Positions 12,399 to 24,366 of a DNA stretch of 46,839 nt are shown here, piece after piece. The position numbers and the translations under genes are program-made. Positions within the stretch are counted from its first letter, which is position 1; every line of letters starts with the position of its first letter. Under the pieces are notes generated by a model that was not told the origin of the DNA, ran no database searches, and saw nothing but the letters and a program-made list of their open reading frames with translations. The DNA is taken from assembly GCA_043228905.1 (NCBI GenBank), contig JBHGNT010000235.1:1-46839 (forward strand). Reading direction: 5' to 3'. Origin of the DNA: Azolla caroliniana. Taxonomy: Eukaryota; Plantae; Polypodiophyta.

Positions 12399-12990
12399 TG
12401 TTACACTTCCGTGCTCGGCCACAACCGAGGAACAGGATCGATTCTCAGAAAACGGGAAATACAAGAATGCGCGAAGAAACAACAGAGAGAAGAGCACACA
12501 GGATGTTTAACGTGGAAAACCCTAAATGGGAAAAACCACGGGAGTCCTCAAACTCCAACTATCACTATGAACAGGGATGTACACTGGTGAAGCTACGAGG
12601 CAACAACCTTGAGCTCACTGTCTTCGCCACAGGCGGCGGTAATACACAGAGGCAACGACCTCTTCGTCTCTCTCTCTCTCTCTCTCTCGGCTGCTCTCAC
12701 TTCGCATGAAAATGAGCAACAACACAGTAAAACTGTTTGCCCTAAGTCATATTTATACGCATATGACTTTCGGGCTATTTACAAATATAGCCTCAAGGGC
12801 CCTTGGCAAACATATTCACAAATATGTCCCCGCATCCGGATCTCGCTCCGGGTACATACATCATCCGGCTCCGTAGCCGGGGTCTTCATCATCCGGCTCC
12901 GTAACCGGGGTCTTCATCATCCGGCTCCGTAACCGGGCTTGCCGTCATTCATCTCCGGACATCCCATCCGGAGGGACCGAAATCCCAACA
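12399..12990 (-). repeat. 3' LTR (592 bp; three 28-bp U3 repeats)
   Basis: Identical by eye to 17109-17784 apart from repeat number. Confidence 0.97.
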
Positions 12991-13000
12991 AACTCCCCCT

Positions 13001-16000
13001 TCACTTCGGCATGGGATGTCTCTCCAATCCGACCCTCTTCCGGCATGCTTCCAGCTTGTCGGGTGTGAGCACCTTGGTCAGCATATCCGACCCGTTCTCG
13101 TCCGTGTGGATCTTCGTCAGCACGAACTCCTTGTCCTCTATCCTTTCCCGGATCCAGTGGTATCTACGCTGGATGTGTTTCGTCTGGGAATGGTAGGCCG
13201 CGTTCTTCGCAAGGTGGATGGCACTCTGACTATCGCAGTAGAGCCGGTACTCCTCCTGCCGGATACCGAGCTCTCTAATGAAGTCCTTCATCCAAATTAT
13301 TTCCTTGCCGGCTTCAACAGCCGCCATGTACTCCGCCTCCGTGGTTGACAACGCAACCGTCTTCTGCAGCCTCGACTGCCATGAAACAGCTCCCCCTGCA
13401 TACGTCATCACATACCCTGATGTGGACCGGCTGGTATCTGCATCAGCCGACATATCCGAATCGGTGAAACCGTCGAGTTCGGGTTTACCGGAGCCGAATC
13501 GGAGGCACACATTCGCTGTGCCCTTCAGGTATCGGAGTATCCACTTGACCGCGTTCCAATGCTCTTTGCCGGGATTGCTCATGTACCGGCTCACCACTCC
13601 GACTGCATATCCTATGTCCGGTCTCGTACACACCATGGCGTACATCAAGCTCCCGACGGCTGAGGCATACGACACTTTCATCATATCCTCCTTTTCAGCC
13701 TTTGTCTTGGGACTTTGCTTGTTGGACAGCTTGCAGTTTGCCGGGAGGGTTGATCCGACCGGTCTTGCTTCCGACATGTTGAACCGGTGAAGCACCTTTG
13801 TCACGTACTTCTCCTGTGACAGCCACAATTGCTTCTTCTTCCGGTCCCGGATGATGTGCATCCCTAGTATTTGCCTCGCCGGACCCAGGTCCTTCATTGA
13901 GAAGGTTCGGTGAAGAGCCTTCTTCAGCATCCGTATCTTGACCTGGTCCCGTCCGACGATCAACATGTCGTCCACGTATAAGAGGAGTATTAGAAAGTCT
14001 CCTCCTTCGAACTTCTTCACAAACACGCAGTGATCGGACTGCGTTTTGTGGTACCCTTCGTCGGTCATGAAAGAGTCGAACTTCCGGTACCATTGCCGGG
14101 GAGCCTGCTTCAGTCCGTAAAGGCTCTTCTTCAACCGGCATACCAGGTGCTCCTTCCCTTTCTTCTCGAATCCTTCCGGTTGCTGCATGTAGATCTCTTC
14201 TTCGAGGTCACCGTGAAGGAATGCCGTCTTCACGTCCATCTGTTCTACCTCGAGGTCCATGCTTGCCGCTATGCTCAGCACCGTCCGGATGGAGGTCATC
14301 TTCACTACCGGGGCAAATATCTCGTTGAAGTCGACGCCCTTCTTCTGCTGAAACCCCTTCACCACGATCCTGGCTTTGTATCTCGGGGGGTTTCCGGCAT
14401 CTCCCGGTTTCAGCTTGAACACCCACTTGTTTCGAAGTGCCCGCTTTCCTTTCGGCAACTCTACAAGTTCATATGTGTGGTTCTCATGCAGGGAATCCAT
14501 CTCCTCCTGCATGGCACTTAACCACCTGCGGCTCTGGGTGTCGTGCTTTGCTTCTTCAAAGCTCTCCGGCTCCCCCTCGTCGGTTAGCAGCACGTGCTCT
14601 GGTTCCGGAAATCTCCGGGGAGCCCTTCTCTCTCTTAGAGGATATCTCCGTTCGGGAGCTTCGGTAACCGGTTCTTCCGATTCTTCTTCTTCATCCGAAT
14701 CCATTTCGGAATCGGGGCCGGTTCCGGTATCATTTTCATCTTCTTCGGCCGGTTCTGTTTCTTCACCGTCTTCGGCCGGGTCTTCGAGTGTTAACCGGTC
14801 CCTTGCCGGTCGGGACTGCTCCTCGTAGAGTTTATCCTCACCGGTCGACTTGGAGCTCTTCATCTTCTTCTCCGACTCCCAGTCGGCGAGCGTCTTGTCC
14901 TCCATGAAAATGATATCTCGACTCCTGAATATCTTCTTGTCGACCGGGTCCCATACTCGGTAGCCGAACTCGTCGTCGCCGTAACCGAGGAATATGCATG
15001 GCCGGGTCTTTGGATCTAGCTTTCCTCTCCGGTCCTTTGCCACATGCACGTATGCGAGACACCCGAACACCTTCAGATGCCGGTAGGATACTTCCCTACC
15101 GGTCCACACTCTCTGCGGCGTGTCTCCGTCCAAAGGTACTGAGGGTGATCGGTTTATCACATATGTCGCCGTCGACATTGCCTCAGCCCAAAACCCCTTG
15201 GGTAGTTTCGCATGCGCCAGCATACTCCGGACCCTCTCCATTATGGTCCGGTTAATCCTCTCGGCCAACCCGGTCAGTTCCGGCGTCTTCGGCACAGTAA
15301 ACTCGAGCCGGATTCCCTTCGAGCGACAGTACTCCTGGAACTGCCCCCGGTATTCCCCTCCGTTATCCGCTCGTATCGCTTTCAGCTTCTTGCCGGATTC
15401 CCTTTCGACTCTCGCGTGGAGTTCTTTGAAGACGGACAACACTTGGTCCTTTGTCTTCATCGGTGCCGTCCACAGTCTTCGGCTGTGATCATCTATGAAT
15501 GTTACGAAGTACTGGGCTCCGCCATGTGACTTCGTTTCTACCTGACACACATCAGTGTGCACCAACTCCAATGGTGCGCTACGTCTCGTCGGTGGCCTTG
15601 AGTGGAAGGAGGTCCGGTTTTGCTTACCGACCAGGCAGTCGGTGCACTTCTCCAGGTGCACATGCTTCACTGGAATAAGGTTGTCTTCTGCAAGCCTCTT
15701 CATCCCCTTCTCACTCATGTGGCACAGTCTTTTGTGCCACAGCTCACCGGCAGTGTCGGCTGCCACATTCAGCTCTTCCGGACATAACCGGGCATTCATC
15801 AGGTACAATGTGTTGACTTTCCGGGCCCGAGCCACTATCAGGCTCCCCTTGCTGAACTTCATGACACCGTTCCGGATGTTGCCCGTGTAGCCTTCATCGT
15901 CTAGCCTCCCGGCCGAGATCAGGTTCAATCGGACCTCCGGAACGTGTCGAACATCCTTCAGCAGCATCTTGCATCCGGTTGATGTCATCAGCCACACGTC

Positions 16001-17077
16001 TCCTATGCCGGCAATCCGGCATGTACCTTCATTTCCCATCCGGACACAGCCATGCTCACCGGCTGTGTAGGATGAGAAGTATTTCTTCTCCGGGGTCAGG
16101 TGGAACGACGCTCCGGAATCGACCACCCAGGTCATCTCTACGCCGGCAAGGTTCAGCTCCCTCTCTTCGGTAATAAGCATTATCTCTTCTTCACTTGCCG
16201 CGAGTGCCGTCGTTCCTTTCCGGTCCTGCCCTCGCCGATCCGGACCTCTCCGGTCCGTGGCTCCCCGGTATGCACCGTTTCTCTCCGGTGACTTCTTCGA
16301 ATCGGTGTCGTCGGCTCCGTTGTCCTTTCGGTAATGCCGACAATTCTTCCGGAAGTGCCCCGGCTTCCCACAGTGGAAGCATGTTGGCCTTCCTCTTGAC
16401 TGCGACCGGGTCCCCGACTTCTCCCGTCTTTGCGGACTCCGGTTCCATTGTCTTCCCCGTTCCGATTCGGTAAGCAGCGCCTTCGAGTCGGAGACCGGTT
16501 CTTTATCTCTCCGACGCGCTTCTTCGTTCAAAATGCTTGTCTTTACCGTTTGTAGAGACAAGTTATCTTCGGTGCAGGAGGTGCTGAGAGTCACCACCAA
16601 GTTCTCCCAGCTTTCCGGTAATGTACACATCAGAATGATGGCTTGCATTGCATCCTCCAACGGGAACTTGATCGCCGCAAGCTGGTTCACGAATCCCATG
16701 AACGTGCTTACGTGTTCCACCATACTCTCGCCGTCCCGGTACTTGAGATTCACAATCTTCCTCATTAGGGAGGTCCGGTTCAACGCATTCTTCCTCTCGT
16801 AGAGGCCCGACAGCTTCTTCCACATCTCATATGCGTTGGTGTCATTCGCCACATGTTGTAGGACGCTTACATCGACATATTGTCGGATCGTCGCTACGGC
16901 TTTCCGGTTCAAGAGCTTCCACTCCGACTCAAGTACTCCCTTCGGTATTTCCGACCTGTCAATCGGTTCGTACAGGTCCCGAACAATCAGAAGATCCTCC
17001 ATCTTGATCTTCCAGTCGGCGTAATTCTGCGCATTCAGCACCATCATTCCCGGCTGCCCGCTGCTGCCGCCTTCCAT
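13001..17077 (-). CDS. gag-pol: Copia Gag-Pol polyprotein, 1358 aa (Gag, PR, IN, RT, RNase H)
   Basis: Motifs CFHCGKPGHFRKNC, VVDSGASFH, WHKRLCH..CTDC, DNGGEY, LYVDDML, FTDSD and HLAKN..HSQTKHI, in copia domain order. Confidence 0.98.
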   Translation of the reverse strand: MEGGSSGQPGMMVLNAQNYADWKIKMEDLLIVRDLYEPIDRSEIPKGVLESEWKLLNRKAVATIRQYVDVSVLQHVANDTNAYEMWKKLSGLYERKNALNRTSLMRKIVNLKYRDGESMVEHVSTFMGFVNQLAAIKFPLEDAMQAIILMCTLPESWENLVVTLSTSCTEDNLSLQTVKTSILNEEARRRDKEPVSDSKALLTESERGRQWNRSPQRREKSGTRSQSRGRPTCFHCGKPGHFRKNCRHYRKDNGADDTDSKKSPERNGAYRGATDRRGPDRRGQDRKGTTALAASEEEIMLITEERELNLAGVEMTWVVDSGASFHLTPEKKYFSSYTAGEHGCVRMGNEGTCRIAGIGDVWLMTSTGCKMLLKDVRHVPEVRLNLISAGRLDDEGYTGNIRNGVMKFSKGSLIVARARKVNTLYLMNARLCPEELNVAADTAGELWHKRLCHMSEKGMKRLAEDNLIPVKHVHLEKCTDCLVGKQNRTSFHSRPPTRRSAPLELVHTDVCQVETKSHGGAQYFVTFIDDHSRRLWTAPMKTKDQVLSVFKELHARVERESGKKLKAIRADNGGEYRGQFQEYCRSKGIRLEFTVPKTPELTGLAERINRTIMERVRSMLAHAKLPKGFWAEAMSTATYVINRSPSVPLDGDTPQRVWTGREVSYRHLKVFGCLAYVHVAKDRRGKLDPKTRPCIFLGYGDDEFGYRVWDPVDKKIFRSRDIIFMEDKTLADWESEKKMKSSKSTGEDKLYEEQSRPARDRLTLEDPAEDGEETEPAEEDENDTGTGPDSEMDSDEEEESEEPVTEAPERRYPLRERRAPRRFPEPEHVLLTDEGEPESFEEAKHDTQSRRWLSAMQEEMDSLHENHTYELVELPKGKRALRNKWVFKLKPGDAGNPPRYKARIVVKGFQQKKGVDFNEIFAPVVKMTSIRTVLSIAASMDLEVEQMDVKTAFLHGDLEEEIYMQQPEGFEKKGKEHLVCRLKKSLYGLKQAPRQWYRKFDSFMTDEGYHKTQSDHCVFVKKFEGGDFLILLLYVDDMLIVGRDQVKIRMLKKALHRTFSMKDLGPARQILGMHIIRDRKKKQLWLSQEKYVTKVLHRFNMSEARPVGSTLPANCKLSNKQSPKTKAEKEDMMKVSYASAVGSLMYAMVCTRPDIGYAVGVVSRYMSNPGKEHWNAVKWILRYLKGTANVCLRFGSGKPELDGFTDSDMSADADTSRSTSGYVMTYAGGAVSWQSRLQKTVALSTTEAEYMAAVEAGKEIIWMKDFIRELGIRQEEYRLYCDSQSAIHLAKNAAYHSQTKHIQRRYHWIRERIEDKEFVLTKIHTDENGSDMLTKVLTPDKLEACRKRVGLERHPMPK

Positions 17078-17108
17078 TTTCTGTGTTACCGTTGCTCTGA
17101 TACCACTT

Positions 17109-17784
17109 TGTTACACTTCCGTGCTCGGCCACAACCGAGGAACAGGATCGATTCTCAGAAAACGGGAAATACAAGAATGCGCGAAGAAACAACAGAGAGA
17201 AGAGCACACAGGATGTTTAACGTGGAAAACCCTAAATGGGAAAAACCACGGGAGTCCTCAAACTCCAACTATCACTATGAACAGGGATGTACACTGGTGA
17301 AGCTACGAGGCAACAACCTTGAGCTCACTGTCTTCGCCACAGGCGGCGGTAATACACAGAGGCAACGACCTCTTCGTCTCTCTCTCTCTCTCTCTCTCGG
17401 CTGCTCTCACTTCGCATGAAAATGAGCAACAACACAGTAAAACTGTTTGCCCTAAGTCATATTTATACGCATATGACTTTCGGGCTATTTACAAATATAG
17501 CCTCAAGGGCCCTTGGCAAACATATTCACAAATATGTCCCCGCATCCGGATCTCGCTCCGGGTACATACATCATCCGGCTCCGTAGCCGGGGTCTTCATC
17601 ATCCGGCTCCGTAACCGGGGTCTTCATCATCCGGCTCCGTAACCGGGGTCTTCATCATCCGGCTCCGTAGCCGGGGTCTTCATCATCCGGCTCCGTAACC
17701 GGGGTCTTCATCATCCGGCTCCGTAACCGGGCTTGCCGTCATTCATCTCCGGACATCCCATCCGGAGGGACCGAAATCCCAACA
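17109..17784 (-). repeat. 5' LTR (676 bp; six 28-bp U3 repeats)
   Basis: CATCATCCGGCTCCGTARCCGGGGTCTT x6 at about 17569-17731. Confidence 0.97.
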
Positions 17785-18079
17785 CTTCGCTCATATATCT
17801 TTTTTCCTTATCATATGCTTACATTAGATAATAACTCTAATAGTTGGTATCAAAGCTATTGTTTTTAATGTTTCTTTTGTTAGTTTTTGTCTTCTTGATG
17901 GATGGTGATTGATCGACCTTGATTCAGATAGCGATCAACAAACAAACTTCGGTAACTCTTTCTTGTTTTTTTTTTCTATTATTTTTCTTCTCCTAATTTA
18001 ATCATGTATAGTCAATATGTTTTTTCTTTATTGATTCAATGATGTTGTAGTGGTAATGAATTGATTGTATAAAATGTGT

Positions 18080-18322
18080 TCATGTGTATGAGATCAATAC
18101 CTCATTTGACATATATTTGATATGTGATTTGTGTCGTATGCGTACGAGGTTAATACCTCAATTGCATATTATGTTTACATACAAATATTATGTATGCATA
18201 TGAGGTCAATACCTCGATTTCTTTGTAAATGATATGTGTTTGGTGTCGTATGCATAAGAGGTCAATACCTCAATTTCGTATTACGATTAACCCTTATTTT
18301 TTAATGTTACCTCGATACCTCA
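18080..18322 (+). repeat. Array of GAGGT-CAAT-ACCTC hairpin motifs with a 56-bp period in a gypsy 5' leader
   Basis: Motifs start at 18090, 18146, 18202 and 18258, with a partial fifth at about 18315. Confidence 0.85.
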
Positions 18323-18339
18323 AAATCGAGTCTAGAAGG

Positions 18340-19100
18340 GGACAATCGATTAACAACTTGTTTGGTTAATGACATCCCCAATTCGAACTATCATTGGATA
18401 GTGTATGATAAGGATCCAAAATCCTTCGAAGAGGCTGTTGAAATAGTCACAATTCGCTGGGAAACGTAAGACACCCAACGATTCATGGATCGCGATTGTA
18501 AGCGATAACATCCTTTTTGCGTATTCTACAAAAAAGAATGGTTATACAAAAGAACAATGTCGAAAGCTCTAATGGAAAGAGCATGACAACAAAGCAAAAG
18601 TTGCAGACCATAAATGTCAGATTCCTAATGTCCTTGAGGTCTATACACATCATTTATGTAATTGTAAATGCGCTTTCCCTCACTATGTATTGGGACCCAA
18701 TGATTTACTATGTGCAAACGGGTATATTAATGGATCACCTGTACAATTTTTATTTGATTTGGGAAGCTCACACAATTTTGTGAATGATCGTTTGGTTCAG
18801 ATATGGGGAATCCAACCCACCATAAGTGATCACACCTATAGGGTGCACTTGGTTGATGGAATAGTGCAATACATCAACGAGACGATTCATTCATTAGGAA
18901 TTTGTATTGATACTTATATAGAGGAAGTAGACTTCCATGTAATGAATCTTTGTACCATTCATGTAATTCTGGGTTATCCCTGGTTTTTAATAAAAGCTCT
19001 TCTTTATCTATTGATTGGGTTCATCATACAATTACTTTTGTATTGAACGATTGTCCTCATTTTATTCAATGTGTTAAAAAACAATCTCTTTCATCGAATT
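18340..19100 (+). pseudogene. Gypsy gag C-terminus and aspartic protease, decayed and truncated
   Basis: DKDPKSFEEAVEI, a degenerate CCHC near 18517-18562, and retropepsin motifs FLFDLGSSHNFV and VILGYPW. Confidence 0.8.
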
Positions 19101-19630
19101 CATTTAATACCACGATTTTGGTGGTTTTTACAAAGCCATGATTAAGGATAAAAAAAGTAAAAATCTCGTGATAATGATCCGCAAGCAAGGAATTTGTAGA
19201 AGTATTTGAGACGGGGATTCTAGGGTTTTAGCGCGGCATGTGATCGTCAACTTAGTTGTCTCTTTGATCTTGAACTGCACTTCCTTGTGGCTGAATTCTC
19301 TTCTAGTTCTTCCCCTCTTTCCCAAATTCAGCAACGCTTCCGCCTCTCTCTTCTAGTTCAAATCTTTCCTATAGGGATGTTTTCGCATATAGGACTATAA
19401 ACATCATGACATCCGCCTTTAGCAAACTTGCACATCCTTCGGTATGTGCCAATTATAATTAAGGCAACTCGTCGCCTTCTTCATCACCTATACCTAGATC
19501 TTCATCTTCCTCATTGATCTTGAGGCCCTTAGGATATGGTTTAACATCTTGTTGCTTCTTGAATATCTTGATTCTCTTTCCCGCTATTGGTATTGCTACC
19601 TTGTCCCGTCTAACTCGGTGAGATGATAAG

Positions 19631-22600
19631 TGTTGAGGATGAAACCTCAGATCTGTGAGAAAAACTAACTCGGAAATACACAATGCACGTGGAAACAACA
19701 AGTGCACAATACATAGTGATTTACGTGGAAACCTTAAACGGGAAAAAAATCATGGGAACAGAGATTCCACTATATAGAGAGAAGTACAAGGTGAGATGAC
19801 ACAATACAACTCTCTGAAACCGAGTGTATCAGCCACACATGGCTCTTGATATCCAAACTCACTTAGCTATGACGCCACACTCTTTCTCACACTCACTCTC
19901 GCACTACAACCACTATTTTGTCCTATTCCCTTCCGGTCGGCCTGACTAGTCGATCGTGTCTTCGACTTGGATCTCTTTCCTGTCGACTCACCTAGTCGAC
20001 TTTCTCGCAGTCGACTCTTCAAACATTGGCACTCGGCCGGAACAATTGGCTCCTCCTTGTCTTTGACTATCAGAACTTCTTGGCCGAGGCAATCGGCTCC
20101 TCCTATTGGAGGGACATATTCCTAACAAACTCCCCCTTCACTCCAGTGGGTGGGAGTCAGTTAGTCCTGTCTTCTATCGACAAACTCTGAGTTTATCCAT
20201 CGATAGGTTCTTTGTCAACATGTCAAATCAATTGTCGTTAATGTGGATTTTCACAAGTGTAAACTATCCTTCCTCCACTTTCTCTCGTAACCAATGATAT
20301 CTCCTCTGTATATGTTTGGTTCAGGAGTGGTACGCAACATTCTTGGCTAGATGTATGGCGCTCTGATTATCACAATGGAGCAAGAACTCTTCTTGCTTTA
20401 TTCCGAGTTCACTGAGGAAACTCTTCATCCAAATCAACTCTTTGACGGCCTCTACCACTGCCATGTATTCTGCCTCTGTGGTCGACAAAGCTACCGACTT
20501 CTGTAGCCTCGACTGCCATGACACTACTTCCCCTTCATAGGTCATCACGTACCTAGACGTGGATCAACTTGAGTCTGCATTCCCCGACATGTCTGAATCG
20601 ACAAACCCTTCGAGCATGGTTTTTCCAACACCATACCTTAGGCATACTCCCGAGGTGCCTTTTAAGTACTTGAGTATCCACTTCATTGTTGCCTAGTGTT
20701 CTTTGACTGGATTACTCATGTATCGGTTTACTGCTCCCACAACAAATTCTATGTCTGGACTTGTATAGACCATAACATACCATGTCGACGGCTGAGGCAT
20801 ATGGTACTTTCCTCATCTCAGCCTTTTCTTTCTCTCTTCTCGGGTATTGCTTGACATTTAACTTGCACTTTGTCGACAACACCGAGACGACTGGCTTTGC
20901 TTCCGACATGTTGAACCTTTCTAGGATCTTTGTCACATACTTTTGTTGTGACAACCACAACACTTTCTCAGTTCTATCCCGAACTATGTGCATCCCCAAG
21001 ATGTGTTTAGCCGGTCCAAGTTCTTTCATGGCAAACGATTTGCCCAGAGCTTTCTTAAAGCTTCCGATCTTCCTTGTATCTTGACTAACTATCAACATGC
21101 CATCTAAATATAATAAGAGAATCAAGAAGTCACCTTCGTCATACCTTTTGACGAACACACATTGATCCACATGTGTTTTCTGGAACCTATGTTCCACCAT
21201 GAAGGACTTGAACTTCTTGTACCATTGGTGTGGAGCTTGTTTCAACCCATACAAGATTTTCTTCAGTCGACACACCAGGTTCTCTTTCCCTTTCTCCACC
21301 AAGCCTTCAGGCTACTGCATGTAGATCTCTTCATCCAGCTCCCCATGCAAGAATGTTGTCTTGACATCCAACTATTCGATCTCTAGGTCCATGCTGATAG
21401 TTATGCTCAGAATAGTTCGAATGGATGTCATCTTCATGACTGGTGTGAATATCTTGTCGAAGTTGACACCCTTTTTATGTTGGAACCCTTTCACCACTAT
21501 GCGGGCTTTATACTTGGGCGCATTTTTGACTTCTCCAATCTTCACCTTGTAGACCCATTTGTTCTTGAGTGCTCTTACCTTTCGGTAATTCTACCAGGCC
21601 GTAGGTGTAGTTTTCATGCAAGGAGTCCATCTCATTTTGCATTGCACTCAACCATCTTTCTCTGTGCTTGTCGGCAATGGCTTCGTCATAGCATTCTAGT
21701 TCACCTTCATCAGTCACAAGGATGTATTGACTGGCATATGTTGTCGGTGCTCTTCTCTCTCTGAGAGGGTATCTTCTTCCATTTGTCGTTGGCTCCGGCT
21801 CCGATGTTTCTGCAAACTCTTCTCTCGGCTCGAGTTCATTCATGTCGATCGGTTGTCGAATGTCCACTGACTCTGATTCGTATTCTTCGATTGACTTCAA
21901 TAGGTCTGTCGACTCCGATTCATAGGTCGGTTGCTCTAAGTCGACAGACTCCGATTCAACTCTTCCATCTAGCTGTCTCCGATTAGCCAACTATGTCGGT
22001 TCAACTAGTCTTAAGGTTGTAGTCGAGGGCGGCTAGAGAATCGATTTCGATTTCTGTCGCTTTTAGTCCTCAATTGTTGTCTTCCAAGAAAACTACATCC
22101 CAACTTCACACTACTTTCTTATCGACTAAGTCCCATAGCCTATAGCCGAACTCGTCCTCCGAGTATCCCATAAATATGTATGGTTTCGACTTACTGTCGA
22201 GCTTCGACCTCTCATCCTTTGCAACGTGCATATACACTAAGCATCCGAACACCCTCAAGTGTCGGTAGGAGACGTCCTTTCCTGTCCACACCCTTTCAGC
22301 GGCATTGAGGGAGACCTGTTGATAAGATAAATAGTTGTATACATCGCCTCGGCCCAATACGATTTTGGCAGTTTAGCATGAGAGAGCATACTTCTTACTC
22401 TCTCCATGATTGTTCTATTTATCCTCTCTGCAAGCCCATTAAACTCCGGGGTCTTTGGAATAGTGTATTCGATTCGAATACCTTGGGTCTTGCAGTATTA
22501 CTCAAACTGCCCTCTATATTCGCCACCATTGTCAGTTCAGAAAACTTTCAACTTCCTACCCGACTCCCGTTCGGCTCTTGCTTGGAACTCCTTGAAGAAT

Positions 22601-23586
22601 GACAATACTTGATCTTTTGACTTTAGTGCGAAAGCCCACAACTTCCAACTGTAGTCGTCTATGAAAGTCACAAAGTTCTGTCCACCTCAATGCGATAGAG
22701 CATCTACATAACACACATTCGTGTGTACTAGTTCTAGTGCCACTTCTCTTCTTCTTGGTGGTGTTGAGTGGAATCCTGCTTTGTTCTGCTTTCCAACTAA
22801 GCAGTCGACGCACTTCTCCAGGTGCACTCCCTTTACCTCTGGTACAAGTTTCTGGTCGGCCAATAGATGCTAACCCTTCTCACTCATGTGGCCTAGCCTC
22901 TTATGCCATGTCTATCCTATCGAGTCAGCTACCACATTCACTTCTGACTTGCACAGTCGGGCTTGCATCATATATAGTGTGCCTTCTTTCTGTGCTCGGG
23001 CCACTATAAGATTTTCTCGGCAGAACTTCCACTTGCCTACCATTGTAGCCTTCATCGTCCAATCTTCCAGTCCATATCAAATTCAATCTGATATCGGGGA
23101 GATGTTGAACATCCTTCAGAGTCAATCGACACCTTGTCAATGTCGTCAAACAGACACTTCCACACTCACTCTCGCACTACAACCACTATTATGTTCTACT
23201 CCCTCATCTCTCTAATTTTCCTTAAGTGTATTTATACTTATACATTGTATGGGGTATTTACAGATGTAGCCCCTACAACACATCTCTACCATTATTATCT
23301 ATAATAATAAATAGCCATCAGTCGACTCTAGTGTCGACTGTCCAATCGGTTTGACTAATCGGCCTGGTCATCAACCTTCCGGTCGGCCTGACTAGTCAAT
23401 CGTGTCTTTGACTTGGATCTCCTTCCTGTCGACTCACGTAGTCGACTCTCACGGTGAACTTTCTGGAAGTCGATTCTTCAACCATCGGCACTAGGCCCGA
23501 ACAATTGGCTCCTCCTTGTCTTCAACTGTCGGCACTTCTTGGCCCAGGTAGTCGGCTCCTCCTTCTGGAGGGACATATTCCCAACA
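19631..23586 (-). mobile_element. Decayed Tork-like copia with gag and part of the 5' LTR deleted
   Basis: TGTTG..CAACA ends with perfect TSD ATAAG. 3' LTR at 19631-20127, PPT at 20128-20137, partial 5' LTR at about 23160-23586. IN, RT and RNase H fragments are homologous to the 13001-17077 ORF. Confidence 0.92.
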
Positions 23587-24032
23587 ATAAGTAGCATTGT
23601 CATTTATGCGAGCCACTGCATACAGTCCAAACCATGTCCTTGAAAACTTCCTCGTTGAACTATGTTGATTATGGAAGTTGCTGCCATAAACAAGTATCCA
23701 CTCTCCTTCCGTAGTCAATGTGTCTTGTCAAATCTGACTTTTTTCTTTAGCTTGGTTGCCACTAGTTTCTTTTTTTCCAATTCCAGATCCGCCAGTCTTC
23801 TTTCGAGTTGTCTTATCCTTGTTGCTAGAAGATCCTCTTGGGTCATCTCCTTTTCCCATGGCATTGCCACCCATGACGTGATTGTCTCCTCGATGAGCAT
23901 CACTGTCAGGAACTCTATTAAGGCAGAGAAGGAATTAGTACTAAAAGAAGGATTAGTACTATTGTTGGGGAATAGTACTAAGACAGAAAAGGATTAGTAC
24001 TATGAGAGGTGTCGAACTTTGAGAGAAGGAAT

Positions 24033-24084
<52 letters not shown>

Positions 24085-24366
24085 TGATGCGAAAGATATA
24101 TGTATTATATGACGGAAGATATACAACAGTAGTTAGAAGGCTTAAGACTGGCGTTGAACCGATTTGGTTCGAACTAATGCCTTGCGCCTCCTTTTATAGT
24201 GTCTTCAGGAATACTCCTGAAGTTTCTAGAATGTTCCAGAGAAATCTGGAATATACATCAATTTCCCAATAAAACCTAAATGAAAATAATATCCTTCAAA
24301 TTACAATTCATACCCTAATGGTAAAGTCTCGACCCGTGTAACAAAAGGTTATGGGTTCGAGTCTAG

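Larger units (their letters stand above)
12399..17784 (-). mobile_element. Intact Ty1/copia LTR retrotransposon, Tnt1/Tork-like
   Basis: TG..CA LTRs at 12399-12990 and 17109-17784, perfect TSD CTTCG, Met PBS at 17094-17105, PPT at 12991-13000, and a single uninterrupted ORF. Confidence 0.98.
12012..17842 (+). repeat. 5' LTR of an old gypsy element, split by the intact copia (left boundary uncertain)
   Basis: TATAAATA at 12230. The sequence resumes after the CTTCG TSD and ends CTCTAATA just before a tRNA-Met PBS TGGTATCAAAGC (17845-17856). Confidence 0.5.

Noticed and set aside
12269-12932. Duplicated ORFs at 12269-12932 and 16880-17642
   Set aside because: Chance frames within the two LTR copies.
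13016-17024. Many antisense and alternative-frame ORFs over the intact copia
   Set aside because: Shadow ORFs of a GC-rich coding sequence with no recognisable domains.
18080-18322. CRISPR-like repeat-spacer array
   Set aside because: Eukaryotic TE context, no cas genes, and spacers related to each other as a 112-bp higher-order repeat.
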